Below, piece by piece: positions 39,753-49,972 of a DNA stretch of 64,000 nucleotides (position 1 is its first letter; the number at the start of each line of letters is the position of its first letter). The notes beneath the pieces are model-generated. The model did no database searches, had not been told where the DNA came from, and saw only the letters and a program-made list of their open reading frames with translations. The DNA is from Clostridia bacterium. GTDB lineage: Bacteria > Bacillota > Clostridia > RGIG6154. The position numbers and the translations under genes were made by a program. The stretch lies in contig JAZNOU010000001.1 in assembly GCA_045589295.1 (NCBI GenBank), forward strand, positions 1-64,000, read 5' to 3'.

Positions 39753-40152
39753 ATCTGTTTGACATTTTTACGACATACTTTGCGTCAGGCTCAGGATGAC
39801 GAATATCAGACGGATTCATACCAAGCAAAACAGCCTTACTGTGCACCGTCTCAAGGTTATCTGTAGCAAAGCATAAAAACATACCTTTGCCCTCAAACAC
39901 TTGGCCTTCAGGCATAGCAATTAATTCTACTTCGGTATCGTTTTCAGAATCATAAAGATAAGCAACATTTCCACCGCCTGCAGAAAATTGCTTACCAATC
40001 TTAAGTTGGACAAGTTCGGTATAAAAATTTAAAGAATTTTCAAAATTTTTTACTCTTAACGATATGTGATGAAATTTAATATTAATTTCCCTTTCTAAAA
40101 TTCCTCTCTGACATAAGCAGGCTCTGCTCGTTGATTAAGACTGGTCTAAACA

Positions 40153-41583
40153 TTATATTCTTTTATACAATTCATTCAGCCTAATATATTTATTTTTATC
40201 AATAGATAAAAGCTGGTCTTTTGTAATTCTGAAACGCCAATTACCATCTGCTTGTCCCGGGATATTCATTCTTGTATCCGAGCCATAGCACAACAAATCT
40301 TGAATGGGAAGAATTACAATGCCTGCATTACTCATAAAGACTGCTCTTAAGATGCTGTCAATTCCATTTCCCCAATCTTCCGAGAAATAGTTACAGTATT
40401 CCAACATTCTTTTTTTATTGTCCATATCAAGTTCCCATAAATATCCTAAAAGTGTATTATTGTCGTGAGTGCCTGTATATGCAACACAATTATTTATGTA
40501 ATTATGAGGCATATGAGGGTTATCATAATCACCTAAAAAGCCAAATTGGAACACTCGTATTCCCGGCAAATTGTTATCCTCTAAAAGCTTAACTACCTCC
40601 TCAGTAATTTCACCAAGGTCTTCTGCTATAATAAGCTTATCGGAAAAACGGGAATTGATTTTTTCTATAAAATCCGTTCCCGGTCCTTTAATCCACTTAC
40701 CATTTTTTGCGGTCTTACTGCCATAGGGTACTGCCCAGAATGATTCAAGTCCGCGGAAATGGTCAATCCTTACCCCATCAAAAAGTTCGGTCATATAAGC
40801 GATTCTTTCCATCCACCAGCCAAAACCGTTTTCTCTCATTTTTTCCCAATTGTAAAGAGGATTTCCCCAAAGCTGACCATCCTCACAAAAATAATCTGGC
40901 GGAACACCCGCAACAAGAGTTGGCTTATCACCGTCAAGCAAAAATTCTTCCTTATTGGACCATACATCAGAGCTGTCAAAAGAAACATATATTGGTATAT
41001 CACCTATAATTTTAATTCCTTTTTCATTTGCATAGGCCTTTATATCAAGCCACTCATTTATAAACTCATATTGAATAAATTGCCACATAAAAAGAGTTGC
41101 AGGGTCATAATCTTCCCTGGTCCACAAGTTCCAGGGCTTGTTTTCATTTGCATCTTTTTTTGCCATAAACAGGCAAAAATTATTTACCAAAGGTCTGGCT
41201 TCGATATAGGAAGACACCTTATTTTTATCAACCACTCTGGACGACGCCTTCATAAGAAGAGTAAAGCGCTCCTCCCACAGTCTTTCATACTCAGCACCAT
41301 AAGGCTGAGCCTGCCTTGCAATGTCAAGCTCATCCTTAGTGACAAGTCCTTTTTTAAAAAGTATTTCCAAATCCACAAAATAGGGATTACCAGAAAAGGC
41401 ACTGTACGACTGATAAGGTGAATTAAAGCTATCTGCCATATTGAACGGCAATACCTGCCAGTATGAAAACTTACATTCACTTAGAAAATCAACAAACTCC
41501 TTTGCGGCCTCTCCAAAACTACCTATGGAATAATCCCCATACAATGAGGATATATGCATTAAAACCCCGCTTTTTCTTTTCAT
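40153..41583 (-). CDS. malQ: 4-alpha-glucanotransferase (GH77)
   Basis: SGVLMHISSL, SPYQSYSAF, AGVPPDYF, RIDHFRG, AEDLG, YTGTHDN. Confidence 0.96.
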   Translation of the reverse strand: MKRKSGVLMHISSLYGDYSIGSFGEAAKEFVDFLSECKFSYWQVLPFNMADSFNSPYQSYSAFSGNPYFVDLEILFKKGLVTKDELDIARQAQPYGAEYERLWEERFTLLMKASSRVVDKNKVSSYIEARPLVNNFCLFMAKKDANENKPWNLWTREDYDPATLFMWQFIQYEFINEWLDIKAYANEKGIKIIGDIPIYVSFDSSDVWSNKEEFLLDGDKPTLVAGVPPDYFCEDGQLWGNPLYNWEKMRENGFGWWMERIAYMTELFDGVRIDHFRGLESFWAVPYGSKTAKNGKWIKGPGTDFIEKINSRFSDKLIIAEDLGEITEEVVKLLEDNNLPGIRVFQFGFLGDYDNPHMPHNYINNCVAYTGTHDNNTLLGYLWELDMDNKKRMLEYCNYFSEDWGNGIDSILRAVFMSNAGIVILPIQDLLCYGSDTRMNIPGQADGNWRFRITKDQLLSIDKNKYIRLNELYKRI

Positions 41584-41617
41584 TTTATACTCCTGATTAT
41601 TTTTATAGGAAAAAGGT

Positions 41618-44020
41618 TTATAATATTGGTTCTATACCCCAAATATTCTCAGCATACTCAGCAACTGAGCGGTCTGCAGCAAACAGACCTGAATTTGCAA
41701 TGTTTTTAAGAGACATTTTTGCAAATCCAATTTTGTCAGCATAAGCTTTATCAACCTTATCGTGAGCCTCGCAATATGCCCTAAAGTCTGCAAGACACAT
41801 ATAAGGGTCAGAGTTAATAAGATTGTTATAGATATTATCAAAGTTTTTGCCGTTGATTCCGCTTTTTATAAATTCCAACACATCACGGATATCTTTATCA
41901 TTATCATAATAATATCTCGGACTATATCCGTTTTTATAAAGTTCCTCAACCTCATTTGCACGCAGGCCGAATATAAAGATATTTTCATCACCTACAGATT
42001 CAAATATTTCAACATTCGCACCATCCATTGTACCTAAGGTCACGGCGCCGTTTATCATAAATTTCATATTGCCTGTTCCTGATGCTTCCTTACCAGCCTG
42101 AGAAATCTGCTCACTGATATCTGCAGCAGGTATAATAATTTCTGCTAAAGATACCCTGTAATCAGCAATGAACACAACCTTCATATAATCTCTTACATCT
42201 GCATCCTTTTCAATCATCTCAGAAATAGCACAAATAAGTCTTATGATTTCCTTTGCCATATAGTAGCCCTTAGAAGCTTTGGCAGCAAAAATATATGTTT
42301 TAGGCTGTGGTCTTAAGCCCTCAAACTTAATGCGTCTGTACATATAAATAATATGAAGCACATTAAGGAGCTGGCGCTTGTATTCGTGAAGTCTTTTTAC
42401 CTGAATATCAAAAATTGAATTACAATCAACTGAAATTCCGTTTGTTTTTAAGATATAATCAGCAAGGCGTTTTTTGTTCTCATATTTAATCTGAAGAAGT
42501 TTTTCCAATACTTTTTCATCATTTTCAAACTTATTAAAGTCAGCAATTTTATAAAGGTCTTTCTTATACATATCCCCTATTTTTTCTTCTAAAAGCTGTG
42601 TAAGAAGCGGATTTGCCTGACACAACCATCTTCTGTGGGCAATACCGTTTGTTACATTGGTAAGCTTATCAGGGAATATAGAGTGAAATTCCTTAAATGT
42701 ATCGGCTTTTAAAATCTCTGAATGAAGTTTGGACACGCCGTTTACATTAAAGCAACATGCCATACAAAGATTTGCCATTTTTACCACGCCGTCTGAAATA
42801 ATAGACATAGCATTTATTTTATTTGAAAATTCAGGATGTTTTTCATAAATCATTCCGCAAAATCTTCTGTTAATTTCTTCGATTATTGTATAAATTCTAG
42901 GAAGATGAGATTTTATAAGGTCTACAGGCCATTTTTCGAGAGCTTCACTCATAACAGTATGATTTGTATAAGCAAGAGTATCACATGTGATTTCCCAAGC
43001 TTTGTCCCAAAGATAACCATAATCATCCATAAGTATTCTCATAAGCTCTGGAACACATAATGATGGATGAGTATCATTTATATGGATAACCACCTTATCG
43101 GCTAAATTATCAAGAGTATTATATTTTTCAAAGTGCATTCTTGTAATCTGTTGCATAGAAGCACTTACAAAGAAATACTGTTGTTTTACTCTTAATGATT
43201 TTCCGTTATAATTATCGTCTGCTGGGTATAAAACCTTGGAAATTGAACTTGCAATAGCTTCCTTTTCAGATGCTTTGCCGTGCTCACCCTGAGCAAAAAG
43301 GTCCATGTCAAAACCTTCTTTGCTGTTAGCACCCCAAAGTCTTAAAACATTAACCGCTTCAGTATCGTGACCTGAAATAAACAAATCGTAAGGTGTTGCA
43401 GTTACAGGAACATAGTTTACATGCTCAGTAGACAAGCCTTTTTCTGTCCAGATTTCATTCACATTACCGAAAAATTTAACCTCAACCGCTTCATCTTTTC
43501 TCGGACGGAGCCAATGACCGCCAAGTTCCATCCAGTCATCAGGAAATTCAGTCTGCCATCCGTCAACAATAACCTGCTTGAAAATACCAAAATCATATTT
43601 TATTGAAAAACCAGTCGCCATATAACCCAAAGATGTAAGCGAATCCATATAGCAAGAAGCAAGTCTTCCAAGACCGCCATTACCAAGGCCTGCGTCAGGT
43701 TCCATTTCATAAAGTTCATCAATATCAAAGTTGTTTTCTTTAAGCATATTTGCTATATCTTTTTCTATACCTAAATTCCAGAGGTTATTTCTTAAAGATG
43801 TGCCAACAAGGAATTCCATAGACATATAAAACACTTGCTTTGCTTCTTTTTCATTTGTTTTTTTATTAAAAGCGTATCGTTTTTTTGCAAGGATTTCATT
43901 GGTTACACCCAAAACGGCCTGATAAATTTGTCTTTTTCCTGCAGAATTCAAATCACAACCAAAGTTAAGTTCGATATACTGCTCCATCTTTTGTTTAAAT
44001 TCTTTTGCATTGATATTCAT
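41618..44020 (-). CDS. glgP: Glycogen phosphorylase
   Basis: GLGNGGLGRLA, INDTHP, KRLHEYKRQ, EASGTGNMK. Confidence 0.97.
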   Translation of the reverse strand: MNINAKEFKQKMEQYIELNFGCDLNSAGKRQIYQAVLGVTNEILAKKRYAFNKKTNEKEAKQVFYMSMEFLVGTSLRNNLWNLGIEKDIANMLKENNFDIDELYEMEPDAGLGNGGLGRLASCYMDSLTSLGYMATGFSIKYDFGIFKQVIVDGWQTEFPDDWMELGGHWLRPRKDEAVEVKFFGNVNEIWTEKGLSTEHVNYVPVTATPYDLFISGHDTEAVNVLRLWGANSKEGFDMDLFAQGEHGKASEKEAIASSISKVLYPADDNYNGKSLRVKQQYFFVSASMQQITRMHFEKYNTLDNLADKVVIHINDTHPSLCVPELMRILMDDYGYLWDKAWEITCDTLAYTNHTVMSEALEKWPVDLIKSHLPRIYTIIEEINRRFCGMIYEKHPEFSNKINAMSIISDGVVKMANLCMACCFNVNGVSKLHSEILKADTFKEFHSIFPDKLTNVTNGIAHRRWLCQANPLLTQLLEEKIGDMYKKDLYKIADFNKFENDEKVLEKLLQIKYENKKRLADYILKTNGISVDCNSIFDIQVKRLHEYKRQLLNVLHIIYMYRRIKFEGLRPQPKTYIFAAKASKGYYMAKEIIRLICAISEMIEKDADVRDYMKVVFIADYRVSLAEIIIPAADISEQISQAGKEASGTGNMKFMINGAVTLGTMDGANVEIFESVGDENIFIFGLRANEVEELYKNGYSPRYYYDNDKDIRDVLEFIKSGINGKNFDNIYNNLINSDPYMCLADFRAYCEAHDKVDKAYADKIGFAKMSLKNIANSGLFAADRSVAEYAENIWGIEPIL

Positions 44021-45453
44021 TAATTGTCTCCTTTAATAAGTTCTTTATATAATTTGATATATTCCTCTGATGCGTTATTCCAGCTTACATCCAAGGACAT
44101 TGCATTTTTTATTATTGTTTTGCGGTTTTCTTTATCATAATAAAGGCTGATAGCTCTTTTAATTGCATCTAAAAAGTCGTAAGAATCGTAACTCTGGAAG
44201 GTTACACCCCAGCCTTCTTTGGTTTCAGGGTTATACGGCTTAACTGTATCCTTAAGTCCGCCAACCGTGTGCACAACAGGAATTGTTCCATAGCGCATTG
44301 CTATAAGCTGTGAAAGACCGCAAGGTTCGGATTTTGAAGGCATTAAGAAAATATCCGCACCTGCATAGATTTTGGACGCCATTTCAGAAGAGAACATTAC
44401 AACGCCTCTGACCTTATCGTGACAGTTTGCTTCCCAGTTTCTTACAAAGCCTTCATAATCCTGGGTTCCTGTTCCTAAAATTATAAACTGAGCAGGTAGC
44501 TTTGACAGCTCATCTAAAATAGGAGCAAAAAGATCCAGACCCTTCTGGCTTGTAAGCCTTGTTACCATACCTATTAAAGGTACATCCTCAGCATCTGACA
44601 ATGCCATTTGTTTTCTTAAATCGCTTTTGTTAAAGCGCTTATTCTGAATTCTTTTTATACTATAGTTTGTTTTGATTGCCTTATCGGTTTCAGGATTAAA
44701 AACCTCTGTATCAATACCATTTACTATTCCGCGAAGCTTTTCCCTTCTTGCGCATAATATATGATAAATTCCGTATGAGTGTTCGGGATGAAGAATTTCT
44801 TCTGCGTACTGTTTGCTTACGGTAGAAACAATATCGGCAGATTCAATACCTGCTTTTAGGACATTAATATCACCATCGTACATCATAAGTGGTTTATGAC
44901 AAACATCAAGGCCAAAAAGCTCACCCAAAACGTATGGGTTAAATTTCCCTTGAAATTCTATATTATGAATAGAAAGAACAGTTTTAATATTTTTATATTC
45001 ATCACGGTCACGATAAAGCGTATTAAGATATACAGGAACCATAGCCGTATGCCAGTCATTTGCATTTATAATATCAGGAATAAACCCAATTACAGGAAGA
45101 ATCTCCAAAACCGCGCGTGAGAAGAAGGCAAATATTTCACCATCATCTATTGAGCCATATACTTTTTCACGATGAAAATACTGTTCGTTATCAATAAAAT
45201 AATAGGTAACGCCATTTCTTTCGGTCTTGAAAATTCCGCAATAGCTGTTTCTCCAACTGTTGCTGACATTAATATTGGTTACATACTCCAGTTTTTCACG
45301 CATTTCAGGTTTGATTGCCGAATAAAGCGGTAAAACAACTCTTGCATCAACACCTTTTTTATTAAGTTCTGCCGGAAGAGAGCCCATAACATCGCCAAGT
45401 CCGCCAACTTTGACAAATGGAGCCGCCTCAGAGGCTGCAAATAATATTTTCAT
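44020..45453 (-). CDS. glgA: Glycogen synthase
   Basis: KVGGLGDV, NDWH, EPCGLSQ. Confidence 0.96.
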   Translation of the reverse strand: MKILFAASEAAPFVKVGGLGDVMGSLPAELNKKGVDARVVLPLYSAIKPEMREKLEYVTNINVSNSWRNSYCGIFKTERNGVTYYFIDNEQYFHREKVYGSIDDGEIFAFFSRAVLEILPVIGFIPDIINANDWHTAMVPVYLNTLYRDRDEYKNIKTVLSIHNIEFQGKFNPYVLGELFGLDVCHKPLMMYDGDINVLKAGIESADIVSTVSKQYAEEILHPEHSYGIYHILCARREKLRGIVNGIDTEVFNPETDKAIKTNYSIKRIQNKRFNKSDLRKQMALSDAEDVPLIGMVTRLTSQKGLDLFAPILDELSKLPAQFIILGTGTQDYEGFVRNWEANCHDKVRGVVMFSSEMASKIYAGADIFLMPSKSEPCGLSQLIAMRYGTIPVVHTVGGLKDTVKPYNPETKEGWGVTFQSYDSYDFLDAIKRAISLYYDKENRKTIIKNAMSLDVSWNNASEEYIKLYKELIKGDN

Positions 45454-45492
45454 AAGTACGTTCCTTTCTTTTGTCCGTCAGTTATTCTTTTC

Positions 45493-45527
45493 AAATAGCC
45501 TTTGTAATTTCGTTACAAAGGCTATTT
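45493..45527. terminator. 15-bp stem hairpin between glgD and glgA (terminator or mRNA stabiliser)
   Basis: AAATAGCCTTTGTAA/TTACAAAGGCTATTT. Confidence 0.6.
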
Positions 45528-45570
45528 TATTATACTATTAGTAAGGTAAATGCATAAATATGCCAGAAAT

Positions 45571-46680
45571 TTATACAATTTTACCTTTGTTTATCATAAA
45601 CGGCATTGTTTGAGTGCCCTTTAATGATTTCCCTGAGGTAATCAATACATCCGTATCGGTTATTACACATTCAACATCTGCGTTATCCTCAATAATTGTG
45701 CCTTGCATTATTATTGAATTCTTAACAACCGCTCCGGCTTTAACTATTACATCACGGAAAATGATGCAGTTTTCAACAAGTCCATCAATCTTACAGCCAT
45801 CAGCTACCAATGAATTTGTAACCTTAGCGTTTTCTCCATACATAGTAGGTACAGAGTCCTTAATTCTTGTAAGAATGGGATTTACGCCATGAAACAGTTC
45901 AAGACGAACATCCTTTTTAAGTAAATCCATATTGGTGTTGTAAAATTCTTCACATGTTTTAATCTGAGATGCATAGCCCTTAGCTTCAAAGCCATATATT
46001 TTGTACTCTCTAAAGCTATTTGCAATAACATTCTTTTTTAAAGACTGCCAACCATATGTCATACCTTTCTCAATAAGGTTTACCAACAAGTCTGTTTTAA
46101 GCAAAATCATGTTAAGAAACATATTTTGAGGTGCTTCTTCTGAGGTTTTGTGATACATTACGTCAACAAGTCTTCCCTCTTCGTTTAAGCTCATCTGAAG
46201 TTCGACATCGGTAGTTACCATATTTTTATAAACAAAGGAAATGTCCGCCTCATTATTCTCGTGGAATTCCATAAACTGCTTAAGGTCGATATTTGTTACA
46301 ATATTGGCATCACTCAATAAGCAATATTCATGACGTGTTGTTTTAATATAATCCATAACACTGTTTAATGCTTCTATTTTATTGGTAACAACACCTGTGC
46401 CACTCTGGAAAGGAGTCAAAAATTTAAGACCGCCGTTTTTTCGGTTTAAATCCCAATCTTTCCCCCAACCTACATGCTCAACTAAGGAATTATACTTATT
46501 TCTTGTTACAATCCCAACATCATATATACCCGCCCCGACAAGAGCAGAAAGAATGAAATCTATAAGACGATATCTTCCGCCATAAGGAATGGAAGCTAAA
46601 GTTCTGTTATTAGCAAGAACATTAGTTTCTGAATTGTTATAATCATAGCTGTCAGCAAATAATATTGAAAAAGCATTCAT
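45571..46680 (-). CDS. glgD: Glucose-1-phosphate adenylyltransferase subunit GlgD
   Basis: ASIPYGGRYRLIDF, GKDWDLNRKNGG; follows glgC. Confidence 0.93.
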   Translation of the reverse strand: MNAFSILFADSYDYNNSETNVLANNRTLASIPYGGRYRLIDFILSALVGAGIYDVGIVTRNKYNSLVEHVGWGKDWDLNRKNGGLKFLTPFQSGTGVVTNKIEALNSVMDYIKTTRHEYCLLSDANIVTNIDLKQFMEFHENNEADISFVYKNMVTTDVELQMSLNEEGRLVDVMYHKTSEEAPQNMFLNMILLKTDLLVNLIEKGMTYGWQSLKKNVIANSFREYKIYGFEAKGYASQIKTCEEFYNTNMDLLKKDVRLELFHGVNPILTRIKDSVPTMYGENAKVTNSLVADGCKIDGLVENCIIFRDVIVKAGAVVKNSIIMQGTIIEDNADVECVITDTDVLITSGKSLKGTQTMPFMINKGKIV

Positions 46681-46692
46681 TATAATCCCCTC

Positions 46693-47904
46693 CTATTCTC
46701 TGCCACTGTCAGGCTCAATCATTTCACCTGGTAACACTACCTGACCCGATTTTACACGAGCACCCTGACCTACAACTGTAATGCCCCATTTACCTTTGTC
46801 CCTATAATCCTCGGGAGCTGCACCTACAATTGCACCATCTTCAATAATAGCGTCGTCTGCTATTATTGCATATTTTACAACAGCATTTTTACCTACCTTG
46901 GTGTTACGCATAACAACCGAATATTCAATTTGAGCATTTTCTTCAACCGTAACATCGGAAAATAAAATGGAATATTTAAGCTTTCCGTTAACATAACAAC
47001 CCTCGGTTACCATAGAGTTGTCAATATCGGCAGATTTATCTATATAGTGAGGTGTTGTGATATTATGACGACAATATATTTTCCATAATGGGTCCCATAT
47101 ATTTATTGCAATACTTGGGGTAAGTAAATCCATATTGGCTTCCCACAAATTGTCAATAGTTCCTACATCTTTCCAGTATCCGTCAAATGGATAGGCATAC
47201 ATTTTTTGATTGTCGTTAAGCATTGCAGGTATTACATCCTTACCAAAGTCGTTTGATGTATTTTCTCCTTTTTCTTCGTCTAGGATAAGATATTCTTTTA
47301 ACTTTGACCATTTAAATATGTATATTCCCATTGATGCTTTGTTGGATTTAGGCTCCTTTGGTTTTTCCTCAAATTCACTTATTGAGAGGTCCTCGTTAGT
47401 ATTCATAATACCAAAGCTTGATGCTTGTTCAATGGGAACCTCCATAACAGCAATAGTTGCATCTGCATCCTTTTTTTTATGGAAGTCAAGCATCTTTGAA
47501 TAATCCATTTTATACACGTGATCGCCTGATAAAACAAGCACATATTCGGGGTCGTACTGCTCGATGAAGTTAATATTCTGATATATGGCATTTGCAGTTC
47601 CCTTATACCATGATGCTGAATTTCCTGTGTATGGAGGCAGAATATACACACCGCCATTCATTCGGTCCAAATCCCAGGGTTGACCATTTCCTATATAGGA
47701 ATTTAACTCCAATGGTCTGTACTGAGTTAAAACTCCCACAGTATCAATTCCTGAATTTGAGCAATTGGATAAAGTGAAGTCAACAATCCTGTACTTGCCG
47801 CCAAAAGGAACTGCCGGTTTGGCACGTTCTTTTGTTAAAACGTACAGTCTGTTTCCCTGACCGCCTGCTAATAGCATGGCAATCATTTTTTTCTTTTTTG
47901 CCAT
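46693..47904 (-). CDS. glgC: Glucose-1-phosphate adenylyltransferase
   Basis: [37 protein letters not shown]. Confidence 0.97.
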   Translation of the reverse strand: MAKKKKMIAMLLAGGQGNRLYVLTKERAKPAVPFGGKYRIVDFTLSNCSNSGIDTVGVLTQYRPLELNSYIGNGQPWDLDRMNGGVYILPPYTGNSASWYKGTANAIYQNINFIEQYDPEYVLVLSGDHVYKMDYSKMLDFHKKKDADATIAVMEVPIEQASSFGIMNTNEDLSISEFEEKPKEPKSNKASMGIYIFKWSKLKEYLILDEEKGENTSNDFGKDVIPAMLNDNQKMYAYPFDGYWKDVGTIDNLWEANMDLLTPSIAINIWDPLWKIYCRHNITTPHYIDKSADIDNSMVTEGCYVNGKLKYSILFSDVTVEENAQIEYSVVMRNTKVGKNAVVKYAIIADDAIIEDGAIVGAAPEDYRDKGKWGITVVGQGARVKSGQVVLPGEMIEPDSGRE

Positions 47905-47926
47905 TACAAAAATACCTCCTGTTTAT

Positions 47927-49813
47927 TTATTTTTTTCTACCCGCTTTTTTGTAGAAGTACACCGTAGAAAATGCAGGTATATTAATTTCAATATACTGGT
48001 CTCTGCCATGTAGTTTTCCCTTTTGGGAACGCACTTTGCCGTTCGAGACATCCGTTCCACCAAATTCACTGCTGTCGGAAGAAAAAATTTCCTCATATAC
48101 TCCGTTTAAAGGAACGCCTATTTTATAATTTTCTCTTGTTACACTTGAGAAATTTGAAACACAAAGGATATAGTTTTTACTTTTATCCATTCTTAAAAAC
48201 GATATAATATTATTGGTATTATCATCAAGAGCCGCCCAATCAAAACCATCCCAGCTATTATCAAGTTCCCATAAACACGTATTCTTCTTATACACTGAAT
48301 TGAGCACCTTAATAAAGTTTTTAAGGTCATTATGACTTTTATATGATAAGAGGTTCCAGTCAAGCTCCTGTTCCTCATTCCATTCAATAAACTGACCAAA
48401 TTCGGCACCCATAAACATAAGTTTTTTACCGGGATGAGCAAACATATAACCAAGATATGCTCTTAAATTTGCAAATTTATCCTCGTACTCACCTGGCATT
48501 TTGGACAAAAGCGACTTTTTCCCATGGACAACCTCATCATGAGACAACGGAAGTACAAAATTTTCAGAAAATGCATAGGTTAAAGAAAAAGTCAAATTGT
48601 TATGAACGCCTTTCCTGAAGAAAGGATCCTGCTGCATATAGGTAAGAGAATCGTTCATCCATCCCATATTCCACTTATAGTTAAAACCAAGACCGCCCTC
48701 ATCCACCGGATGAGTAACCATAGGCCATGCGGTTGATTCCTCAGCAATCATCATAATGCCCTTATGGGCAGAAAAAACATACTTGTTGAGCTTTTTAATA
48801 AATTCAATGGCCTCGATATTTCCGTTTCCGCCATATTCATTTGGACGCCACTTACCGTCTTTTTTGCCATAATCAAGATAAAGCATAGAAGCAACTGCAT
48901 CTACTCTCAATCCATCAATATGATATTTTGAAAACCAAAAGCTTGCATTTGAAATAAGGAAAGACATAACCTCGTTTTTTCCGTAATCAAAAATTCTCGT
49001 TCCCCAGTCGGGATGCTCCCTTTTAAGCTCATCTTCATATTCATAAAGGTAGGTTCCATCAAATTCAAAAAGTCCAAATTCATCTTTCGGAAAATGAGCG
49101 GGTACCCAATCCAAAATGACACCTATCCCGTTTTTATGGAGCCTGTTAACAAATTCCATAAACTCTTTTGGAGTACCATACCTTGATGTTGGTGCATAAT
49201 ATCCTGTAACCTGATATCCCCAAGATTTATCATAAGGATATTCTGTAAGGGGCATAAGTTCTATATGAGTATAACCCATTTCTTTAATGTAAGGAATAAG
49301 TTCATCCGCCATTTTGATATAGTCAAATGAATTTCCATCATCATATTTTCGCCATGACCCCATATGAAGCTCATAGATACTTACAGGTCTGCCGTAAGGT
49401 GCTTCCCTTTTATCCATCCAACTTTTATCCGACCATTTAAAACCATCCAAATCATAAACCTTAGAACAGGTGCCCGGACGTGTCTCAGAATGAAAGGCAT
49501 AAGGGTCAGCTTTATAAAGCTCCCTGCCATCATTGGTTACTATAAGATATTTGTAGGAGTCAAACTCGCTAACCCCTTTTATAATACATTCAAAAATGCC
49601 ACCGTCTGTTATTCGAAAGGCCTTATGTGAATATTTTTCCCAATTGTTAAAAGAGCCTGTAACATAAACCTCTTTAGCGTGAGGAGCCCATACTCTGAAA
49701 ACACATAAATCATCATAAAGGTGCGCCCCCATATAGTCATAGGCTGTATTGTTTGTCCCTTCGTGGAAAAGATATTCAGCAACTTTATTATCTTCGTTGA
49801 TAACTTTTTTCAT
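47927..49813 (-). CDS. glgB: 1,4-alpha-glucan branching enzyme
   Basis: FRVWAPHA, SWGYQVTGYY, DWVPAHF, RVDAVASM, AEES, LSHDEVVHGK. Confidence 0.97.
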   Translation of the reverse strand: MKKVINEDNKVAEYLFHEGTNNTAYDYMGAHLYDDLCVFRVWAPHAKEVYVTGSFNNWEKYSHKAFRITDGGIFECIIKGVSEFDSYKYLIVTNDGRELYKADPYAFHSETRPGTCSKVYDLDGFKWSDKSWMDKREAPYGRPVSIYELHMGSWRKYDDGNSFDYIKMADELIPYIKEMGYTHIELMPLTEYPYDKSWGYQVTGYYAPTSRYGTPKEFMEFVNRLHKNGIGVILDWVPAHFPKDEFGLFEFDGTYLYEYEDELKREHPDWGTRIFDYGKNEVMSFLISNASFWFSKYHIDGLRVDAVASMLYLDYGKKDGKWRPNEYGGNGNIEAIEFIKKLNKYVFSAHKGIMMIAEESTAWPMVTHPVDEGGLGFNYKWNMGWMNDSLTYMQQDPFFRKGVHNNLTFSLTYAFSENFVLPLSHDEVVHGKKSLLSKMPGEYEDKFANLRAYLGYMFAHPGKKLMFMGAEFGQFIEWNEEQELDWNLLSYKSHNDLKNFIKVLNSVYKKNTCLWELDNSWDGFDWAALDDNTNNIISFLRMDKSKNYILCVSNFSSVTRENYKIGVPLNGVYEEIFSSDSSEFGGTDVSNGKVRSQKGKLHGRDQYIEINIPAFSTVYFYKKAGRKK

Positions 49814-49972
49814 CACGTACCTACCTTCCCATAAATTACACACATAATTCTTATTATATTCTAACACATTTTTTTGTATTTGTATATAGAAAACTTAAAA
49901 TTTAAACTTGACATTTTTAAATAATAATAGTATCCTAAATTGACATCTCAAACGCTAAAGGATGGTGAGCAA

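Larger units (their letters stand above)
39369..39774 (-). mobile_element. 406-bp non-autonomous insertion carrying one cassette-like gene
   Basis: Boundaries defined by rejoining the VOC gene (1-nt ambiguity); no clear target duplication. Confidence 0.75.
39315..40080 (-). pseudogene. VOC/glyoxalase-family gene split by a 406-bp insertion
   Basis: 5' part 40080-39775 (IKFHHISLRVKNFENSLNFY...EVELI...PEPDAKY) and 3' part 39368-39315 (FYVYDPDGVSVQFREYK*) join in frame to 119 aa; ATT at the expected start after GAAAGGGA RBS. Confidence 0.85.

Noticed and set aside
40110-40130. GGCTCTGCTCGTTGATT resembling a shortened IS1595 end upstream of the VOC pseudogene
   Set aside because: Spacing is too short and no partner or target duplication was found.
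40759-41421. 220-aa antisense ORF inside malQ and other long shadow ORFs (e.g. within ppdK, polA, gdpP)
   Set aside because: Fully overlap well-supported genes on the opposite strand or frame, lack RBS and recognisable motifs.
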